DNA from: Nitrosopumilaceae archaeon | Lineage (GTDB): Archaea > Thermoproteota > Nitrososphaeria > Nitrososphaerales > Nitrosopumilaceae | Length of the DNA: 64,000 nucleotides | Reading direction: 5' to 3' | Assembly (NCBI GenBank): GCA_965207375.1 | Contig: OZ242274.1 | Span: 192,001-256,000, forward strand | Part shown: one piece after another, positions 29,127 through 39,813 of the stretch | Position numbering within the stretch: position 1 is the stretch's first letter | Layout: every line of letters begins with the position of its first letter | The notes under the pieces: model-generated | Told to the model about the DNA's origin: nothing | Database searches by the model: none | What the model saw: only the letters and a program-made list of their open reading frames with translations | Translations under genes and position numbers: made by a program

Positions 29127-29993
29127 ATTATAAACAAAGAAATCCTACAACAGGTAAAAAAATTAGAAATCTCAACACGGCATCTTGTTGACGGACTGTT
29201 GTCTGGAAATTACAACTCTATCTTTAAGGGAGCAGGAATTGATTTTTCTGAAATCCGCGATTATAGGCCAGGTGATGACATTCGGGCAATTGACTGGAAG
29301 GTCACTGCTCGATTTAATCATCCTTATATCAGGGAGTTTATAGAGGAGCGTGATTTACACGTCTATTTTGTAATTGACCTGTCTGCATCATCTAGTTTTG
29401 GTACAAACACTTCAAAACAAAACACATCACTATACCTTGTTGCAAGCCTGATGTTTGCCGCCCTGAGAAATCATGATAAGATAGGTTCGTTTTTAGTTAC
29501 TGATTCGGTTGAAAAATTCATTCCTGCTCGTATCGGAAGACGGCATCTGCTATACTCTTTGAGTACTATTGCCTCTTTTACCCCTAGTTGTGCACACACC
29601 AATCTTGAAGCTGCACTAGTTACCGTCTTTAAAACAATAAAGTCAAAAAGTGTCATCTTTGTAATTTCAGATTTTATCGATGACAGCCGATTTCTCAAAC
29701 CCCTCAAAATCTTGAGAAAAAAACACGACGTAATTGCTATAAAAATATCTGATTATAGAGAAAGGCACATACCTGATGTAGGTCTAATTGAGCTAGAAGA
29801 CGAAGAAACCGGAGAGCAGGTCCTTGTTGATACCTCCAATGAACAATTTCGCAATTCCTATTATACCCTAATTGACAACAACGAGAAGAAACTAGTATCT
29901 GATTTTAAAAAAATTAAAATCAGTACCGTCTCAATATCGACCGAAGCAGACTATGGAATCATACTGAAAAAATTTTTCAAACAAAGGCGGTAA
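29127..29993 (+). CDS. DUF58-domain protein
   Basis: G.DFSEIRDYRPGDDIRAIDWKVTAR; the frame is open from ATT/ATA at 29127-29132 after a GGTGA SD. Confidence 0.9.
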   Translation: MINKEILQQVKKLEISTRHLVDGLLSGNYNSIFKGAGIDFSEIRDYRPGDDIRAIDWKVTARFNHPYIREFIEERDLHVYFVIDLSASSSFGTNTSKQNTSLYLVASLMFAALRNHDKIGSFLVTDSVEKFIPARIGRRHLLYSLSTIASFTPSCAHTNLEAALVTVFKTIKSKSVIFVISDFIDDSRFLKPLKILRKKHDVIAIKISDYRERHIPDVGLIELEDEETGEQVLVDTSNEQFRNSYYTLIDNNEKKLVSDFKKIKISTVSISTEADYGIILKKFFKQRR

Positions 29994-29999
29994 TGTGTA

Positions 30000-30944
30000 A
30001 TGGCAGGATTTAACAACGAAATTGTTTTATTTTTTCTTTTACTAGTGCCGGGTTTGTTTTTGCTATACCGTACAGTCTTGAGTAAAAGAAAAAAGGCTGC
30101 AATAAAATTCAGCAATGTATCCTATGTCAAATCAGTAATTGGAGGCAAAACCAAAAGAGATTCAGCACTGTTCTATATGTCAATAGGGGTCATAGCTTTG
30201 ATGATACTAGGATTTGCTGATCCATTTGTTCCATTAGAACAAACTAAACAGGGAGTAAATGTGATTTTAGTTCTTGATGTATCAGGCTCGATGCAGGCAA
30301 CTGATTATACTCCAAACAGACTTGAATCTGCAAAAAACTCTGCTAAAATATTGCTAGAGTCATTACACCCAAAGGACAATGCGGGAATAGTCACATTTGA
30401 GACAGGGGCCACCACTGCAGCGTATCTTAGTCCATACAAAGACAGGGTAATAGACAAACTCGAAAACATCTCTCCTAGGGATGGACAGACTGCAATTGGT
30501 GACGGTCTGAGTCTAGGAATAGATATGGCAACCTCTGTTCCAAACAAAAAAAAGGTGGTAATTTTATTAAGTGATGGCGTCAACAATGCAGGCGTAATTA
30601 CACCTAGTGAGGCAATTGCATTTGCAAAATCTAGTGACATTCAAGTGTATACCATCGGATTAGGTTCAGAAGATAGGGTTGTCTTGGGATATGATTTTTT
30701 CGGGCGACCCCAGTATGCAGAACTTGACGAGGCCACTTTGAATACCATAGCTGCACAAACCGGAGGAAAATATTTCAAATCAATAGATTCGCAAACACTT
30801 GATGAGATACACAGAAACATTAGCGATGACATAGAACGCCAAACAGAGAACACCAGTATTCAAGAGTGGCTGTTTGCTGCAGCACTAGGACTATTTTCTG
30901 TGCAGTTGTACATGCGATACGGAAGGGGAAGAATAATCCAATGA
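30000..30944 (+). CDS. BatA-like VWA-domain protein
   Basis: MIDAS DVSGSM, TAIGDGL, LLSDGVNNAG; N- and C-terminal TMs. Confidence 0.92.
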   Translation: MAGFNNEIVLFFLLLVPGLFLLYRTVLSKRKKAAIKFSNVSYVKSVIGGKTKRDSALFYMSIGVIALMILGFADPFVPLEQTKQGVNVILVLDVSGSMQATDYTPNRLESAKNSAKILLESLHPKDNAGIVTFETGATTAAYLSPYKDRVIDKLENISPRDGQTAIGDGLSLGIDMATSVPNKKKVVILLSDGVNNAGVITPSEAIAFAKSSDIQVYTIGLGSEDRVVLGYDFFGRPQYAELDEATLNTIAAQTGGKYFKSIDSQTLDEIHRNISDDIERQTENTSIQEWLFAAALGLFSVQLYMRYGRGRIIQ

Positions 30945-32407
30945 GGCATATTCTTGTTTTTGTATTGTTTTTATCATTTGTTCCTTTTGCTTTTGCCGAA
31001 CAAATCACTCTGTCTGTAGAGCAATCAGTATATTATTTTACGGTTGGGGAAACTGCTGCAATTCCACTTGAAGTTGATAACAGATACAGCAAATCAATTA
31101 CTGCAATACTACAATATTCAATAACTCAACAAATAACGCAAGGCGGCACACAGATTTCTAGCTCAAACACACAATCATCCACCCTCTTAATTGATGGTGG
31201 CAACAATGTATTGACACTTGATTTTGGAATATCTGATGTTCCTACTAGTTTTACTGTAGATTTGGATCTGTTTTATACTGAAAATGGCGAATTTACAGTA
31301 AGCCTAGATCCTATTACCATACACTTTGTCTTGACAGAATCACAAAAAAATAACCAACAAAACAAAATACAAAGTACGACCATACAAAACCCAAATACAT
31401 CATCGTCCCTAGGGCAGTCTACACCTGACAATTCCTTAGATCCCACGCAGCGTCTGCAAAACAACCAAATTTCTCAAGACAGCTCTGCATTAAGACAGCA
31501 AATTTATGAGCAGTTAGAGCAAGACAACCAGCTAAATCAGCAATTTCAAAATCAGCTTGCAGCAGATGAGAAATTTCAAGAATCTCATCAAAACCTCCTA
31601 GATCAAGGATATGAGATCACCGGCGGCAATCTAAATCCGACATCTGCCTCTACTGGTTCCTTTGAGATTGACTATACCAATGAACAAGGACAATGGGCAA
31701 AAATCCAGGGTCACATGACAAATGGCACATCAAAAATTCAAACCCAGACACAAAGTGATCTAGAACGCATGCTAGATCAACTCAAAGCAGATCCTGCCTA
31801 TACAAAATATCAAGAGCAGCTTTTATCTGAAGGGTTTTTTGAGAATAAAGTCGAATTTGTTCCAGATTTTAACCACACAACTATCGAGGTGCACTATACA
31901 CAAGGCAACCAGTCAGCAATCATCTTTGGTACATTTGAGAACAATGATCTAGTCAGGGTGCATCTGGATAGGGATTCAGATCTGAATTGGCTAGTCTGGA
32001 TGGCTGTATTTGCATTGGCAGCCTTTGGACTGTACATGTTTAAAAGATCAAAAAAACAAACCGTACAAACCATCACGATACAGCCCTCCTTTGATCATGT
32101 GACTGTAGCAAAAAATATGATAAAACAAGGAAAAGAAAAATTCAACGAAAAAAAATACAAGGACGCATACGGTACGGTCAATCAGGCACTTCGATTATTT
32201 TTAACACACGAGCTGCACCTAGATAGACAAATCACAAATGAGAATCTACTGGTGCATATATCTGGATCAGCTTATCCGGTGACTGACATTCAAAAATGTT
32301 TTAGAATTGCAAGCCTAGTTGAATTTGCAAAATATTCTCCAAACTCAGAGGACTTTGATACTATGACTGTAATTTCAGAAAATATTGTGTCCGAATCTGT
32401 AAAATAG
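30941..32407 (+). CDS. secreted/membrane protein of the MoxR-VWA operon (BatD-like)
   Basis: Signal peptide from ATG 30941, late TM, C-terminal VEFAKY motif. Confidence 0.7.
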   Translation: MRHILVFVLFLSFVPFAFAEQITLSVEQSVYYFTVGETAAIPLEVDNRYSKSITAILQYSITQQITQGGTQISSSNTQSSTLLIDGGNNVLTLDFGISDVPTSFTVDLDLFYTENGEFTVSLDPITIHFVLTESQKNNQQNKIQSTTIQNPNTSSSLGQSTPDNSLDPTQRLQNNQISQDSSALRQQIYEQLEQDNQLNQQFQNQLAADEKFQESHQNLLDQGYEITGGNLNPTSASTGSFEIDYTNEQGQWAKIQGHMTNGTSKIQTQTQSDLERMLDQLKADPAYTKYQEQLLSEGFFENKVEFVPDFNHTTIEVHYTQGNQSAIIFGTFENNDLVRVHLDRDSDLNWLVWMAVFALAAFGLYMFKRSKKQTVQTITIQPSFDHVTVAKNMIKQGKEKFNEKKYKDAYGTVNQALRLFLTHELHLDRQITNENLLVHISGSAYPVTDIQKCFRIASLVEFAKYSPNSEDFDTMTVISENIVSESVK

Positions 32408-32425
32408 ACACCTGCAAATTTAACT

Positions 32426-32911
32426 CTATATTGAACAACAACTAGGCTTTTGAAGCCCCTTTGCTATCCAATAGATTGAAAATATCAAGACTCCAACTGA
32501 GATCAATTTTAATTCCAATCCCTGCATCGGAAAAATAGACAGGCCACCTATGGCCCCTAAAATAACTGCAAGTGGAGCAGTACATGCAGGACATCCTGGT
32601 GTAAAGGCTGCAAATATTCCAACAAATGCAGAACCGTTTGATTTTGCAGAGTTTATCATTTTCATTCTTTTTATCTTAAATGCAATCATTGCAATATTGA
32701 TTCCACCCAATACAGAAATTATTCCAGTCAAAGCAATTGATGATACAATGTACATGCCGTACTGTTCTGATACTATATCTATATGGCCCGGCAGCATTGC
32801 CATTGTCAAAAAAAAGTACAATACTCCTAGTATTGTACAAGAAATTGCTGCAATTGCTGCGTATTTTTTAATTGTTAACACATTGGAGACAAGCTGTAAT
32901 TTACTAACCAC
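32426..32911 (-). CDS. membrane protein with CPAC motif
   Basis: Several TMs, GCPACTAP, C-terminal SCC. Confidence 0.75.
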   Translation of the reverse strand: MVSKLQLVSNVLTIKKYAAIAAISCTILGVLYFFLTMAMLPGHIDIVSEQYGMYIVSSIALTGIISVLGGINIAMIAFKIKRMKMINSAKSNGSAFVGIFAAFTPGCPACTAPLAVILGAIGGLSIFPMQGLELKLISVGVLIFSIYWIAKGLQKPSCCSI

Positions 32912-32992
32912 GTACTTGTTATCTGTTTCTGCTATTTTAATTATTTTTCAGATGATAACTGTTATTACTATAATCGTGCCAACTTTTCACTA

Positions 32993-33241
32993 ATGGAATT
33001 GAGCCACGACGAGAAATTTACACTTGTACAACATGCAATTCAAAAGTATGAAAATGAACAGGAATTATTTGACAAACTCAAAACCGTTTTAGATGAAAAA
33101 ACAGCCCAACGAATCATTGATACTTTGATTGGAACTCAAAAGGTTAAAAGAATTGGGTCTGAAATTCTACAAAACAATCAAAGCCATACAGAATTGCCAA
33201 AACTACCTGACCATCTAAAGCCAATTATTGACCGACTTTAA
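32993..33241 (+). CDS. small hypothetical protein
   Basis: 82-aa ORF converging on the radical SAM gene. Confidence 0.7.
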   Translation: MELSHDEKFTLVQHAIQKYENEQELFDKLKTVLDEKTAQRIIDTLIGTQKVKRIGSEILQNNQSHTELPKLPDHLKPIIDRL

Positions 33242-34122
33242 AATCCGCGCAATCCTTGTGGCCTGACAGTTTCGGGATGCTGCTGTAGCCAATCTAGCTG
33301 TTTTAACATGCCTTGCTTGTCCTGTGGAAACGTACCCTTGATGTTGTATGCATTAGAGCCGTGATTTGCCCTAAATATTACCTCGTCTTTTACATCTATT
33401 TGCTCAATTAAATTATGTAGCTCCTCTAGTGCATCATCGTCATTAATTCTGACAAATTCTCCCTCATATTTTTCTATAAATTCCTCTTTGATTCCATTTT
33501 CTAAATATAGAGTTAATGCTCCTACATAGTTTGGGGCACACGCATTAATTACTTGGGCTGTTCCATTGATGTGTTCCTTTGAATATTTTTGTCCGCCCAA
33601 ACCCAAAATTACCATACAGGAAATTGTATATCCTGCATCCTTTGCCTTTTTTACTGATTTTATGATGGTTTTGCCAATTGCTCCCTTTGTAACCTTTTTT
33701 AAGACAATATCTGATCCGCTTTCAATTCCCAGATACAGCATGTCTAATCCTGCTGATTTCATCATGTGCAGTTCATCATTTGTTTTTTTTAATAGATTCA
33801 TCGGCATTGCATAGCAAGAAATTCTTTCAATTGCAGAAAATTTCTCCCTGATATATTTGACTATCTGTACCATGTAATCTGTTTCCAAGTTCAATGCGTC
33901 GCCGTCTGCCAAAAATACTCTTTTTGTTTGCGGTGCATATTTTGCCATCATGTCAATTTCTGCTTTTACCTCATCCCAGGGCCTTTCTGAATATTGCTTT
34001 GATCTATACATGTCACAAAAGGAGCATTCGTTAAAGGAGCATCCAAGTGTAACTTGAAAAATCAAAGATTTAGCTTCTGATGGTGGTCTGTACAGCGGAT
34101 AGTCATAATTTAGCTCCATCAT
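33238..34122 (-). CDS. radical SAM protein
   Basis: YRPPSEA, CSFNECSFC (CxxxCxxC), RANHGSN. Confidence 0.92.
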   Translation of the reverse strand: MMELNYDYPLYRPPSEAKSLIFQVTLGCSFNECSFCDMYRSKQYSERPWDEVKAEIDMMAKYAPQTKRVFLADGDALNLETDYMVQIVKYIREKFSAIERISCYAMPMNLLKKTNDELHMMKSAGLDMLYLGIESGSDIVLKKVTKGAIGKTIIKSVKKAKDAGYTISCMVILGLGGQKYSKEHINGTAQVINACAPNYVGALTLYLENGIKEEFIEKYEGEFVRINDDDALEELHNLIEQIDVKDEVIFRANHGSNAYNIKGTFPQDKQGMLKQLDWLQQHPETVRPQGLRGF

Positions 34123-34205
34123 ATATTGGAGACATTTGTTGGGATTTTTATGTTTATTCGTATTTTATGCAAATACCTTTAGTCTTTTGTATATATACAT
34201 CACAC

Positions 34206-34508
34206 ATGGCCAATGATCCGCATGCAAAACGATTACTATGGTTTGTTTTTGCAGGTTCAAGGGGAGGAGTTAACCGATTGCGTATTATTTTTGCGTTGCA
34301 GCAAAATCCATCAAACACAAACCAACTGTCCAAAAAACTAGGTCTAGATTACAAGGCCATCCAGCATCATATTGGGGTTTTGGAAAAAAACAACCTGATT
34401 GACAGGGCAGGCCAGAAATACGGTGTAACTTATTTTGTATCTGACTTTTTACAAGTAAATATGGAGGCATTTGAAGAAATTGCAAAGAAATTGGATAAAA
34501 GTAAATAA
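34206..34508 (+). CDS. ArsR-like wHTH regulator
   Basis: LLWFVFAGSRGG.NRLRII...NTNQLSKKLGLDYKAIQHHI. Confidence 0.85.
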   Translation: MANDPHAKRLLWFVFAGSRGGVNRLRIIFALQQNPSNTNQLSKKLGLDYKAIQHHIGVLEKNNLIDRAGQKYGVTYFVSDFLQVNMEAFEEIAKKLDKSK

Positions 34509-34533
34509 GCTTAGAATAGAGGTTGAACTTTAA

Positions 34534-34818
34534 ATGGAATCTACATCTGCAATTTTGTCTATAGTTTCAATTGCCAATATTATCGTTTTGGGCATACTGA
34601 TTGGAACCTTTGGAAAAATGTACGCCAAAACAAGAGCCCAGCTTCCCTTGGGAATGATAGTTGTTGCAGGTATGCTGATACTTCACAATGTAATTGGAGC
34701 TGCTGCGTACTTTTCAATGCATGAACTTTTCTCGCACGACATATTCCCATACATGTTAGGTGTGGGCATTGCAGAACTAGCCGGATTGCTTATCTTTTTG
34801 AAAATAACTTTGGATTAA
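34534..34818 (+). CDS. small membrane protein
   Basis: Three TMs; follows the regulator. Confidence 0.75.
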   Translation: MESTSAILSIVSIANIIVLGILIGTFGKMYAKTRAQLPLGMIVVAGMLILHNVIGAAAYFSMHELFSHDIFPYMLGVGIAELAGLLIFLKITLD

Positions 34819-34843
34819 GTTCTAGTTTATTTGTGGCAGGCAA

Positions 34844-35299
34844 ATGTGTCATACTGTGAATTCAAAGTCAAAACAGTACGTACTGCTTAACAAAAATATA
34901 CTAGTTGCAATTACAGCCTCCATTATTATTTCTGCAATTGCAGCACAGCTTTTGGCAGATCAAGAAGACTATCTTAACACAACTTATACGTTAATTGTGG
35001 ATTATGTTGTATATTTTGGAGTATTTTCTATACTGTTTTATTTTGATAACAGACACAAATACAGACAAAATTCTGATAATGTCTATCTGAGACAGGATTT
35101 GATTAAGATTATCACATCTCTGGGAATAGGTGAAATAATATACACTATATCTCGATGGTTCTTTCAGTACTATTTTTTGACCATACAGTATGACCCGTAT
35201 CTTGCATCAATTATTGGCCATGTTATATCTGCTGCACTATACCTGATAGTGATAAATTTAAGTGTCAAAATTACAAGACTGTTCAAAGATGACAATTAG
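34844..35299 (+). CDS. GtrA-like membrane protein
   Basis: Four TMs. Confidence 0.6.
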   Translation: MCHTVNSKSKQYVLLNKNILVAITASIIISAIAAQLLADQEDYLNTTYTLIVDYVVYFGVFSILFYFDNRHKYRQNSDNVYLRQDLIKIITSLGIGEIIYTISRWFFQYYFLTIQYDPYLASIIGHVISAALYLIVINLSVKITRLFKDDN

Positions 35300-35645
35300 T
35301 GTTTATACGGACGGTTCGGGAGGCTCAAATTCAGGCTTTGGCTTTTTTGTAAAAGAATCTGGAAAATCCTCTTACAAAAAAGTCGACGGCTTGACAAACA
35401 ATCAGGCAGAGTATCTGGCCATAATTTTGGCGTTAAAGGAATTTGAAGATACAGATGATGATGTTATCATTTACAGTGATTCAAAAAATACCATATGCCA
35501 GCTTAATCATGAATTTGCAATCAACAACGATGCATTGCGCGAATTTGCCCGTCAGGCCTGGGAAATCATTGCAAGATATTCTAGTCTTAAACTGCAATGG
35601 GTTCCTCGCAGGCAGAATCTTGCAGGAAAAATGCTTGGAAGCTAA
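35289..35645 (+). CDS. rnhA: ribonuclease HI
   Basis: VYTDGS, TNNQAEY, YSDS, WVPR..NLA. Confidence 0.9.
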   Translation: MTISVYTDGSGGSNSGFGFFVKESGKSSYKKVDGLTNNQAEYLAIILALKEFEDTDDDVIIYSDSKNTICQLNHEFAINNDALREFARQAWEIIARYSSLKLQWVPRRQNLAGKMLGS

Positions 35646-35729
35646 ATGTTACCTTGTGTATTTTATGGTGTATCATCCTAGGGCTTGTATAAACCACAGG
35701 TATCATTTGATTATAGCATCAAATTTGAT

Positions 35730-37061
35730 CTACTTTAACTGTCTTTGTATTTTTTTGCCTTTTTCAGTAATTTGGTAATATTGTTTTTGTCCAATTTTTT
35801 TACAAAGTTTGACATATTCCAAATCAAAAAGAATGTCTATGCAGGCCTTTAGACCTTGACGATTTTCAATCCCTGTCTGTATCGCCTCTAGATTAGCTTT
35901 GATAAATTCTGTGGCAGGTAAATGTGTCAAAACATTATACAGTGTCGAGTCAGAGTTTGAAACAGAGCCAAGATTCAACCGCCAATGTTTGCCACCTGCC
36001 CCCATAATGAAACAAAGATATGATGTGTCCTTTTTATAATAGATGTATGTATCTTTTTTTCCTTTGATGCTTTTATCTGACTCGGTCTTGAAGGCAAGTT
36101 TGTATCCATTTGGAATGTTAGCTGACAAATCAACAAAGTCTGTTTCAAAGAATCCGTCTTGCAGTTTTTCAGACCATGATTCTTTGTGATAAACAGGAAT
36201 CAGATAATCTCCAACCCTAAGTTTGTGTTTAACGCGTTTTTTAGCCTCAGTTACATACTCTTTTCGTATGTCTAGACCAATGTATTTTCTCCCCATGTTA
36301 CATGCAACCTTGGTGGTTTGACCGCTACCGTTCATTGGATCTAATACGACATCTCCTTTTTGCGTCAACAGCGTTATTAATCTCCATGGAATTTGTTCGG
36401 GAAATGGCACCGGATGGTTAGTAATGCCGGGTGGAACAGGGGCAATATTCCAAATCGAATTTGCCAATTCACGCTTTAGGATTCTGTTTAGCGGAATTTT
36501 GTTTTGGTTATTTTTTATAATGCCGTTGCGGCCCTTTCCTTTCTGTAAAATCAAGATGCTTTCATGCATGATATTTGCACGAAAATAACCTGGATAGGGA
36601 AACTGGACAAATATTCCAAATCTATTGCCGGATCCATTTCTACCTGATGTAACCTTGTGCCAAATAATCATGTCTCTGAATCGCCATTTGGAGTCATCAT
36701 CGTCATTTTCTAAATTGACTAGTCTGGATAGCAATAATGAAGGAAGTGGAATTAATTTCCCGTTAACTACTTCATCACCTACAACTATACAGCAGAATCC
36801 TCCCTCCTTGGTAACCTTAAAGACCTGCTCGTAGATTTCTTGCATTGTATCAAGATAAGCCTCAGTAGTCTGACTGCCTGTACCCCTCATCCAGACATCG
36901 TCATTATTTTTTACATTATTGACATGTTGGGAATAATCTATTGCATTTCTGTATGGTGGGGAGGTAACAGTAAGAGACACACTGTTAGGCTCGATATATT
37001 TTGTCAACTCACGGGCATCTGCCTGAAAAATATCATTTAATCGATATTTGTGTACAAGCAT
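35730..37061 (-). CDS. beta-class N4-C/N6-A DNA methyltransferase with C-terminal extension
   Basis: TSPPY precedes HPVPFP and VLDPMNGSGQTT. Confidence 0.9.
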   Translation of the reverse strand: MLVHKYRLNDIFQADARELTKYIEPNSVSLTVTSPPYRNAIDYSQHVNNVKNNDDVWMRGTGSQTTEAYLDTMQEIYEQVFKVTKEGGFCCIVVGDEVVNGKLIPLPSLLLSRLVNLENDDDDSKWRFRDMIIWHKVTSGRNGSGNRFGIFVQFPYPGYFRANIMHESILILQKGKGRNGIIKNNQNKIPLNRILKRELANSIWNIAPVPPGITNHPVPFPEQIPWRLITLLTQKGDVVLDPMNGSGQTTKVACNMGRKYIGLDIRKEYVTEAKKRVKHKLRVGDYLIPVYHKESWSEKLQDGFFETDFVDLSANIPNGYKLAFKTESDKSIKGKKDTYIYYKKDTSYLCFIMGAGGKHWRLNLGSVSNSDSTLYNVLTHLPATEFIKANLEAIQTGIENRQGLKACIDILFDLEYVKLCKKIGQKQYYQITEKGKKIQRQLK

Positions 37062-37303
37062 TACAATTTACGCATCTTGCGTATTCAAAAACTTTCCTAA
37101 AAGCATTCAAAATATTTCTGTATCTTTTTGTATATTAGATCTGTGCATGTCTTAGATACCAAATTATACTACAAAATTTCATACTGCGAGCAAAAAACTG
37201 TAAATTAGCATTTCTGCCAATATCTTACAGGTTCATTTCAGATCCGTATCGTGCAACTACCAAAGGCTTATAATGCATTTTAAAACTTTTGATAAAGGTC
37301 TCG

Positions 37304-38737
37304 TTGGAATTTAAAGAAGGATTAACTTTTGATGACGTTCTTCTCATGCCCAAATATTCAGATATTACAAGCAGATCTCAGACCAACCTTCAAACTAAAC
37401 TCTCAAAAAACATTTCATTAAATATTCCTCTTGTCAGTGCCAATATGGACACTGTCACCGAATCCTCGATGGCAACAGTCATGGCCCAGCAGGGCGGCAT
37501 TGGCATAATTCACCGCTTTTTGACCATTAAAGAGCAAGTAAATGAGGTTCTCAAAGTAAAACGTTCAGGCAGTGTAATGATTGAGAATCCTTATACGATT
37601 AGTTCTGAACAAACCGTTCAAAATGCACTTGATTATACCGATGAAAAGGGGACCTCAGGACTGCTTGTAGTTGATTCGGATTTAAAACTAGCAGGAATTG
37701 TTACTGCAAGAGACCTACTCTTTGAATCAGACGTTTCAAAACCGATAAAAGCTGTTATGACAAAAGATGTTGTTACTGCCAAGCTAGGAATCAGCCTAGA
37801 GGATGCAAAATCCATTTTACACAAAAACAAAATTGAAAAACTCCCCCTAGTTGATGAATCATCAAAAGTAAGGGGATTAATTACAAGCAAAGATATTACT
37901 GACATTGAGGATTTTCCGGCAGCAGTAAAGGACAAAAAAGGAAGACCGCTTGTAGGTGCTGCAGTGGGTGTAAAGGGAGACTTTATGGAAAGAACAGAAT
38001 CACTGCTAGAGGCTGACGCAGATGCAATTGTTGTCGATATTGCACACGGACACAGTGAAAATGCAATAAGCACCATCAAAAATATCAAAAAGGCATTTCC
38101 TGATTGTGAGCTTATTGCAGGCAATGTAGCTACGGGGGCAGGTACTGCAGATCTTATTCGGGCAGGAGTGGATTCTGTCAAGGTGGGTGTAGGCTCTGGC
38201 TCGATTTGTATTACACGTGTAATTACAGGTTCAGGTGTTCCACAACTTACAGCCGTACTCGAATGTGCAAAAATTGGACGAGACTATGGAGTTCCAATTA
38301 TTTCAGATGGTGGCACTAGAACCTCTGGTGATGCAACCAAGGCACTAGCTGCAGGTGCGTCAGCGGTCATGGTTGGAAGCATGCTTGGGGGAACCGATGA
38401 ATCTCCTGGAACGGTACTGACAAAAAATGGTAAACGCTTCAAGGTGTATCGTGGAATGGCATCTTTGGCAGCATCTTTGGGTAGAAAATCAAAGGAAACA
38501 GGCAATACTGCCTTAGACGATGATCTCAATGACTATGTTGCTGAAGGAGTAGAGGCCATGGTTCCATACAAGGGCACCGTAGTTGATATTCTCAAACAAC
38601 TAACCGGCGGGCTTCGTTCTGGTCTTAGTTATTGTGGTGCACATACCATACCTCAAATGCAGCAAAATGCAGAATTTATCAAAATGTCAGGGGCAGGATT
38701 TGCAGAAAGTCAGCCTCATGACGTGTCTTTGATGTAA
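37304..38737 (+). CDS. guaB: IMP dehydrogenase
   Basis: [20 protein letters not shown] pair, [22 protein letters not shown]. Confidence 0.97.
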   Translation: MEFKEGLTFDDVLLMPKYSDITSRSQTNLQTKLSKNISLNIPLVSANMDTVTESSMATVMAQQGGIGIIHRFLTIKEQVNEVLKVKRSGSVMIENPYTISSEQTVQNALDYTDEKGTSGLLVVDSDLKLAGIVTARDLLFESDVSKPIKAVMTKDVVTAKLGISLEDAKSILHKNKIEKLPLVDESSKVRGLITSKDITDIEDFPAAVKDKKGRPLVGAAVGVKGDFMERTESLLEADADAIVVDIAHGHSENAISTIKNIKKAFPDCELIAGNVATGAGTADLIRAGVDSVKVGVGSGSICITRVITGSGVPQLTAVLECAKIGRDYGVPIISDGGTRTSGDATKALAAGASAVMVGSMLGGTDESPGTVLTKNGKRFKVYRGMASLAASLGRKSKETGNTALDDDLNDYVAEGVEAMVPYKGTVVDILKQLTGGLRSGLSYCGAHTIPQMQQNAEFIKMSGAGFAESQPHDVSLM

Positions 38738-39177
38738 GATTTATCCAAAATAAAATCATGTCACATATGCCGACGATCTTAAAATGTTGGTTTTATTGTA
38801 CGATGTATCAAAATTATGCAATTGCTAGAGTCTGAGCAGGCTGCAATCTAGATTCGAAACGACAGTTTGTTTTTGCAAATTGTGATGCTGTATAGTATAG
38901 ACATGGCGACATAATTTGTCAATCAGGTGTTAGGGGTTTTCTTGACACTATAACTTGTGTAATTGAACAGTATAGTTAGAATGTATCTTTTTGCCAAGAT
39001 ATTATCGTGCAAAATTTCACCGTAAACTGCAAAATTCACTTGACCTAGTCACTTGATATAATCCGAATTAATCTTAGATTTTTCTTATACTGTTGCCAAG
39101 TCTTTAATCAAATCTTGTGTTTGATTAATGCCTGCATTTACGGCAAAATCTCAGAACACATTTGCCATGTATTTATC

Positions 39178-39582
39178 TTACCACAAATCCACCTTATCAT
39201 TTTGCCATATTTTGGGAGTACTACGTCTAGAACTTTCGTAGCTGTCACCATTCCATATCCGGTTTAGTTCCTTGCCTAAATCCTGTCTTTTTCTGCGCCT
39301 TTTTCTACCTGATGATTTTTTACTTCTGTCCTTCATTAGTTCTTTACCCATTAGTCTTAATGCAATTATGGTGTTTTTGCCGTATTCTTTGAGTTTTGCA
39401 CGTCTTTCCTTTTTCTTTTCTTCCCCTGTTTTATAGCCCTCTAAAATGACATCATACTTGGATGATATCTTTTCTTGATCTTCCATACTGTATTTCCTCC
39501 ATGCTTTGTACTTCATTTTTATCTTCTTTTTGGCCAGTCTTTTCTTGTACCTATTACGATACGCTTTATCCCTGTATGTCAT
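39178..39582 (-). CDS. basic hypothetical protein
   Basis: 134-aa K/R-rich ORF. Confidence 0.55.
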   Translation of the reverse strand: MTYRDKAYRNRYKKRLAKKKIKMKYKAWRKYSMEDQEKISSKYDVILEGYKTGEEKKKERRAKLKEYGKNTIIALRLMGKELMKDRSKKSSGRKRRRKRQDLGKELNRIWNGDSYESSRRSTPKIWQNDKVDLW

Positions 39583-39677
39583 AATGCCTTACATCCTGCT
39601 AGTTTTGTACTGCATTTTATTTCCATAATTATATCGTATACAAACTATGTTAAAAATAGATCTGATATATTGCGGTA

Positions 39678-39720
39678 AGAGTTGATTCGTAATTGGCAAA
39701 TCTTGCCAAAATTTACACTT
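39678..39720. mobile_element. solo degenerate end of the IS5 element
   Basis: AGAGTTGATTCGTAATTGGCAAAT resembles the reverse complement of 15118-15141. Confidence 0.5.
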
Positions 39721-39813
39721 GAGATTCACAACATATGCTGACTTGTGTTTTATCAAATACTAGCAAAAACTGTTAGACAGCCAAGGATTTTTCATATGGG
39801 AGTTAAGCAGTGC

